A stretch of 64,000 nt of DNA from Lama guanicoe (lineage: Eukaryota), in the NCBI GenBank assembly GCA_013239625.1, contig MU056737.1, positions 4,729,846 to 4,793,845 on the forward strand, given 5' to 3'. A program made the translations under genes and the position numbers. The notes under the pieces are model-generated. The model worked only from the letters and a program-made list of their open reading frames with translations, searched no databases and was not told the DNA's origin. Position 1 is the stretch's first letter. Every line of letters starts with the position of its first letter. Below are positions 38,170 through 50,294 of the stretch, one piece after another.

Positions 38170-40208
38170 CTACAAAGAACTGCAACTGCATAAAGGGTCG
38201 ATTCTGAGTCTCTGCAATAATGCCGAAAGGAAGGTGCTCCCACAGCCGGAGCCGCCGAGAGCCAGGAGGGGCCTGCAGAGGCGGAAGTGTCAGGGAGGGG
38301 CGGCCCCCGGGAGGCCTGGGCAGAGCCGCCAGCCCACGGCAGCAGCGGACGTCCGGATCCGTGCCCTGCAGAGCACATGCACCAAAGTCCACTGGACAAA
38401 CGGGCTTTCCTCCCACAGCACCTCAGACCCTGAGTGAGCCCACACGTTCGTCGTCTTCATACAGTTTCCGGGGAGGAGCTGCAGACGGCGCAGTGACAGG
38501 AGAGCCACAGCACGAGTGTGTGCTGATGGCGAACTGAGAAACTTCCTGCTGTAGTAGGAATTCTGCTCTAGTACAGATGGAACTTACTGGAACAAAATCA
38601 GCTAATAAATGTTAAAAAATAAGAAAAAATCTGACAAAAATCATAGGTAAAATAGGAGATTTTTTTTAAAAAACAACAATTTCTTTCTAAAAAATAATCA
38701 TTTTTTTGTTTTAAAAGGAATTTTTCTCTTTGGCTTTATTGAACCAGGGGGTTCTTTTATTTCTTTTTTTTAATAATTCAGTTCCACCAAATTAAAAAAA
38801 AATCAGTACACCAAATGATTTAATGACCCAACGTCCTAGAATTCTGTTGGCCCATCTCTTCTCAGGCCCTACATCTACTGCATAAGCAAGGCTTCTCTGA
38901 AATTGCCTTTGGGTTTTACGAGTGGTCCATGTCCAAGTTAATTAACTGACAACACTTCCGGGATGGCACAGCTATGATCTGAAGACCTCAAGTTACTATA
39001 ATTGCGGCCCCTCTGTCAAATGAAGTGATTCTTCATGGGTTTCTTAAAGCCACCATCCTCCAGGTGTGGCCCTAGACCAGGCATCACCTGGCAGCTGTTG
39101 GCTAAGGAAGATCCCCTCTACTAGAGCGTCACCTGCCCTGGGTGCACCCCTCCCCAGCCCTAGCTCCACCTGGGAGCCTGAGCACCAGGACTGGGGTGCA
39201 CATGCAGGGCCCTTGAAGTATCCCTGGGACCCGGCCCTGCAGCACTGGGCCCTCAGGGTCTGACCTGCAGGCCAAGTGACTGGCTAACTTCACCAGCAAT
39301 CACGCCCACGCTGTCTGACCCGTTGGGAGGCAGGAGGTCCTCCTGACACCTTCTCTGCAACTCCAGCCTCCCCCAAGACACCTGAGCCCCTCCACTCACT
39401 GTCTGGGCCAGCCGAGCCCTCTATCTGCCCACGGTGGCTCCCACCACACGATGTGGTGAGTCCCATGCTCACGTTTGGCTCCAGAATTCTCACGTCTGGG
39501 CAGCACCTCCACCCCCACCCCCATCACGTCCCCCATTCTCCAGGCTCCTCTCTGGCCCGCAGCTCCTTCCACACCCAAGATGAACTCCTTGCCTGGATGC
39601 CCACACTGCTCGCTTTTCCCAGTCCCACCATCTCTCCAGCCCCCAGTTTCCCTCGATTCCACAAGCCTCCTGACACCAACTCAACCACAGTCCTCTCCAC
39701 AATTCTGGAAACATGGTTTGCACTCACTAAAAATTTCCTTTTGGAAAATTAATACAATGTTCTGGGCCCTGTTTACACCTTCCTTCCAAAAAGCCAACAT
39801 CTGAAGGAAACTAAATAACTTAATCACAGCCAATCCCTCTTTCCTCACAATGAAAGCAGAAGCTGTCTCATTACAGACCAATTTACATCCCTAAACTAGA
39901 GGCCGGAGCAAGCCATTTGTATCTTGCAAGTTTTAACATATCTGCCCGCTGACACCCCCACTGATGTAGAGGAAGTTATTCTGAGCACGTGGGGTGCTTT
40001 CACAAATAATTTCTATGGAAAACAGCAGTCAGACAGTAATACAGGCCCAAGGTGACCTCATTACCAGAATTTGTTCTAGCTGTCATTAGACATATCACAC
40101 CGTGTCACTCAAAATGGGGAAGAAATCAAAGACACTGACATGCAGCACCAGCGAGCAGAGAGGGGGGGCACTCACACTGGAGAGCCCTCGCTGGAGAGGA
40201 CCACGTAC

Positions 40209-40376
40209 ATATCTAAGACGCAGTCAGTTCTCGGGTCCATCGCTGTGGTCTCGAAGGCGCCTTCCTTTTTCTATTACTTTTAACTTTTCTTCTGTGTGGG
40301 ACACAGCTGTGTGTCTTTTGCGAATTGCAAAGCCAGCCTCACTCTTGAGCAAAGTCGTGGGAGGTTGACCCGAATA
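40209..40376 (-). other. Candidate internal exon (168 nt)
   Basis: Acceptor gttctggttctcag|TA, donor TAT|gtacgt; purine-rich exon-like body; contains GCG-ATG-G at 40240. Confidence 0.35.
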
Positions 40377-42086
40377 CTGAGAACCAGAACCACGAGGCAG
40401 GCGCCCCCCAGTTCATGAGGGCAGCGTCCACAACATCCACCCCCGTCATCAGAAAGCACCCAGGACGGGGCCCTCTCTGGGGCACATGCAGCTGAAACGT
40501 GACCGACTCCAACAATGACAAGAGACAGGCGAGAATACTCAGACGCTCGCCCCGCACAGCTGGTGGGGCAGGAGGGAGGGCCGCAATCACACCCTCTCAG
40601 GCCTGCGTCTGAGCAGCCTGGGCCGCGCTAGGCTGCAGCCCAGAGCCACCACATCCGGGGACAGCTGTGGAGGAGGCTGGTGGAGCCACAAACCACTTGG
40701 TAAGTTATCATACAATACGCAGCTCCTGCCACAGAGACGCTTTTCCAATCACCAAGGCCACCCGCCCTTTGGAGCTGAGGCTTTCTAAACACACACAGGT
40801 TCTCCCGACAGATGAGTCGTGCTGCCGGTCGTCGCGGATGAGAAGCTGACGTGGGTTTACACTTCCCGCTGCAGGACCTCAGCCTCATCACCAGCTCCTC
40901 CCAAGAGAGCTTCCTCCTCAGCCTCTGCACCACCCTGCGTGGGGTACACAGTTAGAGGCATCTCCACTCCTGGATACTGACAGTCCCCTTGGGTGCCAGG
41001 AGACAGGACGAGTCTGGGCTGGCAGGGCACCTGCCGCCCGTGGGGGCTCCATCTGCCAAGGACGGACCATGGGGCGTCAGAGGTACGAGGCACCCAGGGA
41101 CCTGCTGGGGTGGGTGCCCACAAGTGATGCCACCCATGGCCCCAACCAGGAGGGGTGCCTCCAAGGGGTCCCAGGATGGGCCTGAAAGGCAGCTTCTCCA
41201 GAAAGGGCACTTGGGGGAGCCCACGGGTGCCAGCTCCAGCTTGTCCCCGGCCGGGCACGCAGGAGGCTCAAGATGGGTGTTTAGAGTGAGTGAGTGAACA
41301 CTGTTCCTTCAGGACCGTCGCCACGCCACCTGAGCTGTGACATACAGGGTGTTTCTTCAAGTCTCACTCTTTAATTGAATAAATTAGTATTCCAGGAAAA
41401 GTGTCACTCTCGTTGCTACGAGAAGGCAATTTTAAAGATGAGAACAACAAAAACAAAATACAGTATTATGTTAAATTAAAAAAATAAATGCATCAAGAGG
41501 AAGCATCCTGCAAGAAGAGGGTGGTCTGTGCTTATAAGCATCGGGGTCTGGGGCAGACCTGGCCCCTCTGATGGGGGCGCGGGGTTGGGAGTGCAGCGGG
41601 CAGTGGGCCCCTGTGGCCCCTGGGCGTCTGCACAGCGTGGATGGAAGCTCAGCCGTCGGTGGGGGGTGGGAGTTGGACACGCCTTCCGCTTCAGGAAGAC
41701 CTGCTGCCCCCTTGCCCCGCTCATTACAACAGCACTGGTGAAGCCACGGTTCCCAGGCTGAGGTTTTCCATTCACATTAAATAACGCACAGAAGCTAAAG
41801 GCCGCACACAGCTTTCCCCGGAACACCTGTTGAGGTGGGCTCAGCCCTCAGCCCAGGGTTCGGGGACTCAGGGAGGGTGAACCAAGGGCAGAGGCAGGAG
41901 ACAGAGGCCAGGCTACACCAGAGCCTGGGACCCCCTGACCACGCCCAGTAGTGTCCCTGCGGTTTCCGGGTAATCTGCTCAGATACCACCTGAGTCGAGG
42001 CTCTGTTCTACACACACCTAAGTGTTAAGAATGAACACGAATACAAAGACCCTATGACTTCCCCGGAAGGATTAGGAGGTGCCTTC

Positions 42087-42232
42087 TGTATCCCCCACAG
42101 GTGTATCCCCCACAGGTGTATCCCCCACAGGTGTATCACCCTCACAGGTGTACCACCCCCACATGTGAATCACCCCCACAGGTGTACCACCCCCACAGGT
42201 GTACCTCCCCCACAGGTGTATCACCCCCACAG
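42087..42232. repeat. Minisatellite, 15/17-bp unit GTGTAT(CA)CCCCCACAG, 9 copies
   Basis: Three 15-bp units (the first lacks its initial G) followed by six 17-bp units. Confidence 0.95.
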
Positions 42233-45200
42233 ACACCCCTGAAAGGGGATAAATGGGTGTTGGCAATTCCCCGCAGAGGAGGGCGGTGGGCTCGGGCATA
42301 GGTCCCACCCCGTACTCCCCGATGCCCAGCCCAGACTGGTCACAGCAGGCGGGCTGCCAGGAGGCCTGCCCTGCACCTCCACTTTCTGACGGCTGGCTCA
42401 AACTCATTTTCCCACAATGTATTACAGGCTACTCGAAAGATTTCCATCAAACATAAATAAATTCGGATTTCTCTGAAGGGCAGGTTTCCCATATCGGCAT
42501 ACCAGCCCAGGTTAAGATGAAGTCCCAGGACGTGGAGGAAAATAGAGTTTATTCCAGGTGGTGTTTCTTGACAACATTAAAGAAATATTAGTATCTGAGC
42601 AGCAGTAGCGTCTCGAAAAGAGACCCACAGCCCATCCCTGCACTTGGCCAGAGCTGACACGCTCACCGTGGGTGTCAATTTGCTTTTCCTTTCAGAAAAG
42701 TAATTTCCATGATGCATCCACCCAGGACTGGGGCCTTGCGAAGAGAAGGCACAGCAGGAAACCTCCGAGGCGCCCCGAAACGCCCCAGAAAGACAGGAAA
42801 GGCACCATTTTCATCAGCTGATGGCCTGAGACCCAGAAGCTGCCCGGCCAAGAAGCGTCCCCGCCCCGTCCCCCCACGTGCAGAGGGGAGGGAGTGCAGG
42901 AAGCCGCTGCCGGCTCAGGACCAGGGGCCAGGTCATTCCCCTCTGTGGACCAGCACTGCCCACTCGGGGGTGGAAGGACATGGGGCAAGCAGAAGGGTCT
43001 AGAGCCGGAGGGCTGCTCCAGAAAGTGCCCACCGCTGGCGGCGGCTACGCTGAGGCCCCAGGCCACACGTCACACGTCGCTGTTCGCACAGCTGTCATTT
43101 CCCTGCCCGAGGTCACGTGCACGGCTGCGATTCACACAGGGAACGTGATTTGTCCATTGTTAGGGTCGCAATATTGCCGAGGAGAGCGTGGGTGCTTCCG
43201 TGAAACCAGCAGAACAGCCCTAACACACCAGTGTGGTCTTCATGCTCCTTAAATACCTGCTGGGGGCACGCCACCCAAAACCTCCTGCTTCTGGAGGGCA
43301 GGCACCTCGCAGCTTCGGGGCAGGACGCCTGTTGGGCCCCAGCAGCCAGCTTTCCTGGGGGGCAATTATAAGCCCCTTGTTTCCTTTCTAACTTATTTCA
43401 ACAAGTGAAGTTTCCCAAGGTTTCTGTCCTTAGAGCTGACCAAACTCAAACAAGCAGACAGGAAGCCAGCATCCGGCCGCAGAGGAGGCTCAGGGTGGGC
43501 GCGGGGTCTTGGGCTGCGTGCACACCAGGCGCTGGACCCTGACAGTGAAGGCCGAGCTCCCAGCTGAGAGACCGAGTCGTACTCCCATGTCTCGTCCTGC
43601 TCTCCCAGGGCCTGCCTGCTGCTCAGGGACCATGTGACCACTCTGGCCACAACTGGGAGATAAAAATGCCCCTCTTCACCAGGAAAATTGCCCGTCTAGG
43701 TTCAGTCAGCATTCATGAAACACACCCCAATGATCCGAAATTCCTGAAGGTTCCAGGGCATGTGCTTTCTGGTGTCCAGAAGGTGCGAGCTGATGGCTCC
43801 TGGGGGCCCCGGCCGTGAAGGCACAAGTGGCCCGTGCGAAGCCGAGGGGTCCACCTGCACACCCAGCTCCACCCCTGATGGAAAGAGGGGTCTCCCTGCT
43901 CACAGCTCAGTGCGTAGGGAAAAGTCACCCACCGAGACCTGGTTTCTCTGGCACACACTCAAATTTCAGCAAAAATCATTTTAAAACTAGACCATCCTTA
44001 AAAAATACAGTTAAGATTTGAAACAAACTATTGATTCGATCAGGAGGCTCTGCAGGGTCACCCGACACTGGGGCAGATTTTTGTGGGTGGACATTTCTGT
44101 TTCTTGTCTTTGCCTGGGCCCTTCCTCCCATGGCCACGGTCACAGCACGAGCAGAACCACGGGCCTGGGAGGCGCCTGAGTGTCCCCAGCAAGCCCTGGG
44201 CCCCCGCTGCATCCTCTGGACCCGCAGGGCTCCACACCAGGCCCCCACCCCACGGGCGGCCCAGATGCTGCGATTTGTCCCCGGGTCCCCAGGAAAGGCC
44301 TGGTCCCGCAGCTGCACCAGTATCTGAGATGAGATGTTTTCCGCTTGTCTTCAGAGGTCACCCAGGCTTCACTGTCAGACACCAAAACAATAACAAAAGT
44401 TGCCAGACATGGAGGTCCTGGGACAATCATCCTGCAGGCTGCTCACTTCCCCACCTCCCCGGTGTAGACATAGCATAAGTGCCTGACACGAAACACTTGT
44501 ACTCCACAGGGTCTTGTGCAAACTCCCCACTTTCCCTCCCCTCCTTCCTCGGGACAGGGAGAGAGACGGTGAAATCAGACGGGCCCACAGGTGAGGCAGA
44601 CGCACGGTGACCTTCTAACGCTTTCTGTCCACGATCTTAGCTCCAGATGCTTCACTGTATCAAACTGACCCCGTTGACCAGAGACGTGGGGTCTGTCCTG
44701 TCCGTTAGAGCAGCCACTGTACACGTGGCTACTTACAGGTAAAGTGAACCTCCAACCCTCCAGCAGACCAGCCACGGGGCCAGTGCCCAGCAGCCACCTG
44801 TGTCGAGGGATGTCCGTGCCGCGCCGTGCGGATTACGTAGCAGAAGGAGAGGCCCTGCGAGGCAGTCACTCAGCAGCACGTGGGCACCACTTGTCACTGG
44901 AAGTCAGGGTGACGAGATGCAGCCTTAAACGCGGGGGTAAAAGCAGGGCAGAGAAGAACAAAAGGAGTAGCACACACAAGCAGCGCTGGAAACACATGAA
45001 CTGGGGGCCCAGACGCCCCCAAGTCCTCCTCCTGCTCCTTCTTCATTAACTGTCCGGCCCCACAGCCGTATCCATCTGAGGGAAAGGAAAGGGCACGGCA
45101 TGTGGGGGAGTGACAACAGCGGCTGGGGGTCAGAGTGTACCCTGGCTCCGGCACCAGCCGAGCGCTGTGTGCCCCCGGCGGCACTGCGGGGAGGGGAGGG

Positions 45201-45920
45201 GAACAGTCGCCACAACCCCCGACACCGAGCTGCAGGGGCACTTGGCTGAGACGCAAGGGTTGTTAAATGTGCACTTTGCGCTCAGGGAACGTGATCGAGC
45301 GTTAACACCACCTTACGTCCTGCTCCCAGCGCTTGAAGCCGTCTGACCGGCTCCGTCCTACCTGGTGGGGGTTCCTGCGGACCCCTATGGGCCGGGCTCT
45401 GCCGGGACAATCTGGGCCACAGCAGCACCAAGGCCTGATATGCTACCGGCTTGAGGTGGGTTTGGGGGTCCACCCCTCAGCAACCCCTGCCCCCCACAGC
45501 CCACACCCACTCAGCATCCCTCCCGAACGCCAGCCTCACCCGGTGAACCACCGCCGTGTCCTCACTAACTCAGGCCTTCGTGGAGTCAGTCCGTGTCGTG
45601 CCCTCGTCCACCCGCACATCCCCAGCAGACCCACCTTCACCTCACCTCCCCAGCAAAATTTCTGTGACAGACACTGTGCATCGTCACGGGCCGTGGCAGC
45701 ACAACCGGTTCTCTCCTCCCGCGCGTGGGGCGGCCTCTGCGGCTGGGACAGCCGCCCTGGACTGGGGTCTGGGCCCCGTCCTGCCTGCACGACCCTGGGT
45801 TGGGGGGACTCAGGGCCGTTGTTTAAGCTTAGGAGCTGGGACCTGGGCCCGAATCCCAGCAGAGGGCTTCACCTGATGAACTTTGGCCTCTGTTTTACTT
45901 TTCAAAAAGAAAGTGCTCAC

Positions 45921-45969
45921 CTCACTGATATGACCACTTTCTGGAGCCACAGGTGACCTCAGGCTGCAG
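45921..45969 (-). other. Candidate internal exon (49 nt)
   Basis: Acceptor ccttttgtttttatcgggtgatttcccag|CT, donor GAG|gtgagc. Confidence 0.4.
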
Positions 45970-46571
45970 CTGGGAAATCACCCGATAAAAACAAAAGGTG
46001 AGAGTCCCCAGTTCAAAGTGACAGCCAGGCGGCTGGACGTGGGGACAGAGGCGCAGGAGCACAGGCCTCCGTGAGAACGCGCCCTGTGTGCTGAGGGGCC
46101 CCGGGAGACGCCATCCTGGTGCCTGGACTCTGCCCAGGGCCCTCTCACGGGGCCTCGCTCCGCCTCCCTCACGGCGGCCCTGAGACACAGAGCTTAGGTC
46201 TGCTTGGCGTCTGTAAGGACCTGAAGTGCAGTCTTGCTGGATTTGCCGCAGCTCATGCAGCTCCCGGAACCAGAGCCAGAACGGGGATCCGGGCGGCCGC
46301 TTCCAAGGCCCCTTCCTCAGCGGTGAGCCCGTGGGAGGACGGCGGCAGGGCACCTGGACGTGGGAGCACACAGAGGGTGCTGTAACCGGCGGGTCTGGGG
46401 AGGGCCGTCTCCCGTGCGGTCCCTGCCCGTGCCAGGCTGCATGACTGCCGTAGACGCTCCGAGACGCCGTTCGAGGGTTTCTGCTCGGAAGCCTGAAACG
46501 TGGGGCGCGGCCCACGAGAGGTCTGGTCTGCCTTGTCTGCTGCAGTCTCACCCAGAACTAGACCCGTTGTC

Positions 46572-46721
46572 TTTTTTTCAATTTCTTATTTATTTATTTA
46601 CACTGGGGGGGCAGGCAGTTAGGTTTCCTTGCTCATGTTCGGAGGATGTACTGGGGATTGAACCCAGGACCCTCTGCATGCTAAGCATGTGCTCTACCCC
46701 TTGAGCTACACTCTGCCCCCC
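46572..46721 (-). mobile_element. tRNA-derived SINE, camelid type (Vic-1-like)
   Basis: Reverse strand: ggggcagagtgtagctcaaggggtagagcacatgcttagcatgcagagggtcctgggttcaatccccagtac...aaacctaactgcc...aaataaataaa; tRNA head with B-box GGTTCAATCC and an A-rich tail. Confidence 0.88.
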
Positions 46722-48028
46722 AGGCCCGCTTGAGTGAAGCTGTCATGCTGCACCACGTTTGAGGATCTGAACACGGACACTGCAGCACCTGCTCTCAGAA
46801 GTCAGGCCCACCGCCTCCAAACGCCTGGACGTGGTTTATAAGCAGAGACTGGGCCATGGGCCTTATACTGAGAAAGCACAGCTGACGTCACCTCCCTCTG
46901 AGTAACAGGAGTTTCGGGCCACACGTCCTCACTCGCGTCTCTGTACAGGAAGGGATGCAGAAACCGGTGCTCACAGGCCAGGCTGCCTGCCCCCTACTGT
47001 CCCTCACTGTCCCCCCCAGACGGAGCAGGAGTTGTGAAGTCGGCACAGACAGGACTGGACTGAGACCACGCCCCTGCGAAGACCCCCAGCTCCCAGAGGC
47101 AGCGTCCAGCCTGGTCCAGGTCCGCGCTGGCTCACTCGTTCGCTCATTCCCGCACGCGCCCACGTGCTCACTCAGGCGCTCAGTCTCTCAAGGGCAGCTG
47201 TCTGAGGGGTCCACTCCGTCGAGGACAGAAGGTGCAGGGGCCAGGGCCTGGGGGGAGGAGTACAAGGTCAGTGCGACCCAGTTCTGGACATTCAAAGGCT
47301 GGCATTAGCGAGGAGGACGTGGGCACTGAGGCCTCTCGCTGGATGACCTTGGTGTCCTGAGTCCCTCATGCAGCCGGCGGCGCCCAGAGAGCTTCTCGAC
47401 GCCCAACAAAGTCAGGAACACTGTGCATGAGGAAATGACTGAAATCCCCACGAGGCACCTGAGGCTCAGACCCAGTGCACAGACCTCGGGGGATGGGGGA
47501 CAGACCCCTCCCGCACACCACCGTCTGGGGGCAAAGAGGACAGGGTGGCAGGTGCGCGGTGCCCCAGGCCGGCCGTTGTCCAGAGAGATACCCCCAGGCC
47601 TCGTGGGTCCCGCCAGGCGCGGGGAGGGAGGGAGCGGACGGGCAGAGGGAGATGGCCGACCAGGTCAGGGTCCTTGAAGCGTCACCCGCCCATGGGGCCG
47701 CACGCAGAGCCAGGCCGTGCGCCCTCCTCTACCTGGTCAGGGACGGGGGTCCGCCCATGTGGGCACCCAGTGTGACCGGCACTGCTGCCCTCCCGGGGTG
47801 GGGGGCTCTGCTGGGGCCACTGACCAACAGGTGGGAGTGGACACCACGGTCTTTCTGTCTGTGCTTTGCTCGGAGCCCCCCTGGGAGGGAGGGGCTTCCT
47901 TCCCAGAGGTCTGAAGTCACTGGCAAAACGGAATAGAGTTTCCCAAGCTCTCTCTCTCTTGAAAGAATAGCTCGAGAGGATCTATTAATTTCATCCCTGT
48001 TGCCGACTTAATCGGAAACTTCACTTAC

Positions 48029-48233
48029 AATTCCATAAACTGCAGAAGCCACTTGCTGCTCAGTCGCACATCCCAGCGAGCCTGTCAGCACCTCGCTCCC
48101 GCCGAGTCTCCGAAAATCGACACTGAGCAGCACGGACCAGGTCTGAACTGAGGTGCTGTAGCTCCCGAGCGCCCGGTGCCCTGGGGCCGCGGAGAAGACA
48201 CTAGTTGCTCTGCTAATGTCTCCAGAGTCCGAT
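48029..48233 (-). other. Candidate internal exon (205 nt)
   Basis: Acceptor ccattctttacccccag|AT, donor ATT|gtaagt; one frame is fully open (SDSGDISRATS...VASAVYGI). Confidence 0.45.
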
Positions 48234-49078
48234 CTGGGGGTAAAGAATGGATTTAACACCCAGAACAGACACGGTGACGCTGTGCCTGAGGAAAGACGGC
48301 GGGTTCAGCGGGCTGTGGCCGTCCCCACGACTCTGCTGGGAACGACTCCTCCCCCGGCCCCACGAGAAGCCTCGCGCCAGGTGCGCCAGCCCAGCCCCAC
48401 CCGACGGGACCACCGCCCGCACCCCTCCTCCCGGGGCCTCTGCCGCCCCTGCTGGGGGCGTCCCCTTCACAGCGAACGTGAAGCTCACCGACGAGCTCGA
48501 CGGGCCCCTCGCTGTGACCGGCGCCTTGCTGGACCCGCGAGGAGGGAGTCAGAAGGTGGGGCTTGGCTTTGCGGGCTTTGCAGCGTGTTTACAGCATGTT
48601 TCTCGGAACGGAGGCACGTGGGCCCCGCCCGCTGACGGTCAGCCTCCGGATGGGGCACCCCAGCGGGGGTGTTAATCCCCCCACTTGTGCTCCCCCAAAC
48701 GTGCTTCCATTTTTTGAAGACTCGTGAGGATGTCTGATTCCTGTAACATAATGTGACTTTCACTCCCGCGACGCTGAGCTCCTTTTCAGAAGGGTCCCTC
48801 CGCCCCACCAAACCCTGCCTTTGAAGCTCTTATTCCCGTTCTTCCCACAACGGACAGGCTCGCGGGGGGGCCGCGCCGCTGGAAGCCTGCGCTGCGCCGT
48901 GGAACCGAGGCGCCGACAGGCCCAGAGCGCCGAGCCAGGGCCCCCTCCCTCGGAAGACGCAGGGCTTCCAGCCGGAGGAGGCGCCTGGCGTCCGGGCCAC
49001 CACGGGAGCCCAGCCGAGGCTGCCAGGCCTCTTTCTTAAGGTCAGCACAGCTTCTGGGAGTGAGCATGGAAAGGTTAC

Positions 49079-49101
49079 CACTTTGTCTTCCGTTATTTCC
49101 T
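49079..49101 (-). other. Candidate micro-exon (23 nt)
   Basis: Long polypyrimidine acceptor cctttctcttctctgcatcttctag|AG, donor GTG|gtaacc, purine-rich body. Confidence 0.3.
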
Positions 49102-49959
49102 CTAGAAGATGCAGAGAAGAGAAAGGTCACTCGGCCGCACGCGTAAACTGGCCTGGAGTCCTGAGCCCACCACTGACAGGAGCAGGAGCTGCTGACAGCC
49201 CTTCAGACTCGGAAGCAAGATCACAAGGCGCTGGTCCCTCGCAGCCTGGGCCTGGGAGAGTCAGAGACGGGCAGGAACCAGGCACAGAGCTCGGAGCTTG
49301 GCACCGACGGACAGGACGGGGCCACCCAGGCCTGGCAGCCATGTAGAGCAGCCAGGCGCGGGGTGAGCATCTGCGTCCCGTGACCTCCTGTTCCGGTCAG
49401 TTGGTTCAACCGTGCAGGCACAGGTCCCACAGCCAGCGGGCCTCGCGGGGCCTCTCCACTCCACAAGGACACAAATGGAAGTGACCACCACCGGCCTGGG
49501 GCCCATTTCCAGCGTCCGGTCCTCCGGGCCCCGCCCCGCCCACATCTCTACTCCCCGTCTGGTGCTGCCGCAGCTCCTGCTCCAAGGGGCGCACCTGCCC
49601 GTGCCCGGACCCCCAGCTCAGCCCAGAAGCTGCCGGGAGGCGGCCCACCACGCCGGCCAGGCACTGACACGACTCCCAAAGAAAGCAACGTCACTGGACG
49701 CCCGCCCTTGGTGCTGAGGGTCTCAACTCTCTTCCGGAGCAGAGGCCGGGCTGCAGCGTGGGGGCCGAGTCCTGCCAGCAGCGTCCGGCCTCCCCATCAC
49801 AGAGGCAGGGGGACGAGTGGGAGGTCCGTTTTGGTCACTATGGAAGTGGGCACTGACCACGGGCCACCCCGACAGCCGCCCTCTTCCAACAGGAGACAGC
49901 AGCTCCCAGGCTGCCCGGCAGCTGCGGGCAGGACGGGCGCCCGGGTGAAATCACAGCCC

Positions 49960-50294
49960 TGTCAGCGACGCACGGGTCGGATCTGGGGCGCCCTGGACGG
50001 GGCGGCTCAAACAGCAGACATCTGGGTGTCACACCGGGGCCTGGAAGCGGCCATCCAGGTATGAGCAGGCTGGTCCCCTCGGCACGCGGGCACCGTCCTG
50101 CCCGTGTCCTCCCCACGTGGCCGTCCCTCTGTGTGCAGCCGTGGTGTCTACGTGTCCGTGCCTCCCCTCCTTAGGGAGGCATCAGAGGGGCTCACGGCCC
50201 CCCACACGGCCTCGTTTCAACTCAATCATCTCTTTAAAGGCGCATCCTGGGACGCTGGGCGGAGGACTTTGGGGACACACATTCCACCCTGACA
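49960..50294 (-). mobile_element. MaLR solo LTR (MLT1A-like)
   Basis: ggcggctcaaacagcagacatc, cctccccacgtggccgtccctctgtgtg, ggcctcgtttcaactcaatcatctctttaaagg, tttggggacacacattccaccctgaca. Confidence 0.7.

Noticed and set aside
46640-46721. tRNA gene
   Set aside because: The tRNA-like head runs into a SINE body and A-rich tail and has stem-disrupting changes. It is a SINE, as is the copy at 23648-23743.
40224-48087. Selenocysteine or readthrough recoding of the two in-frame TGA codons
   Set aside because: I found no SECIS element and no similarity to a selenoprotein family; the contexts (TGA CAG, TGA CTG) are not the strong TGA CTAG readthrough motif.
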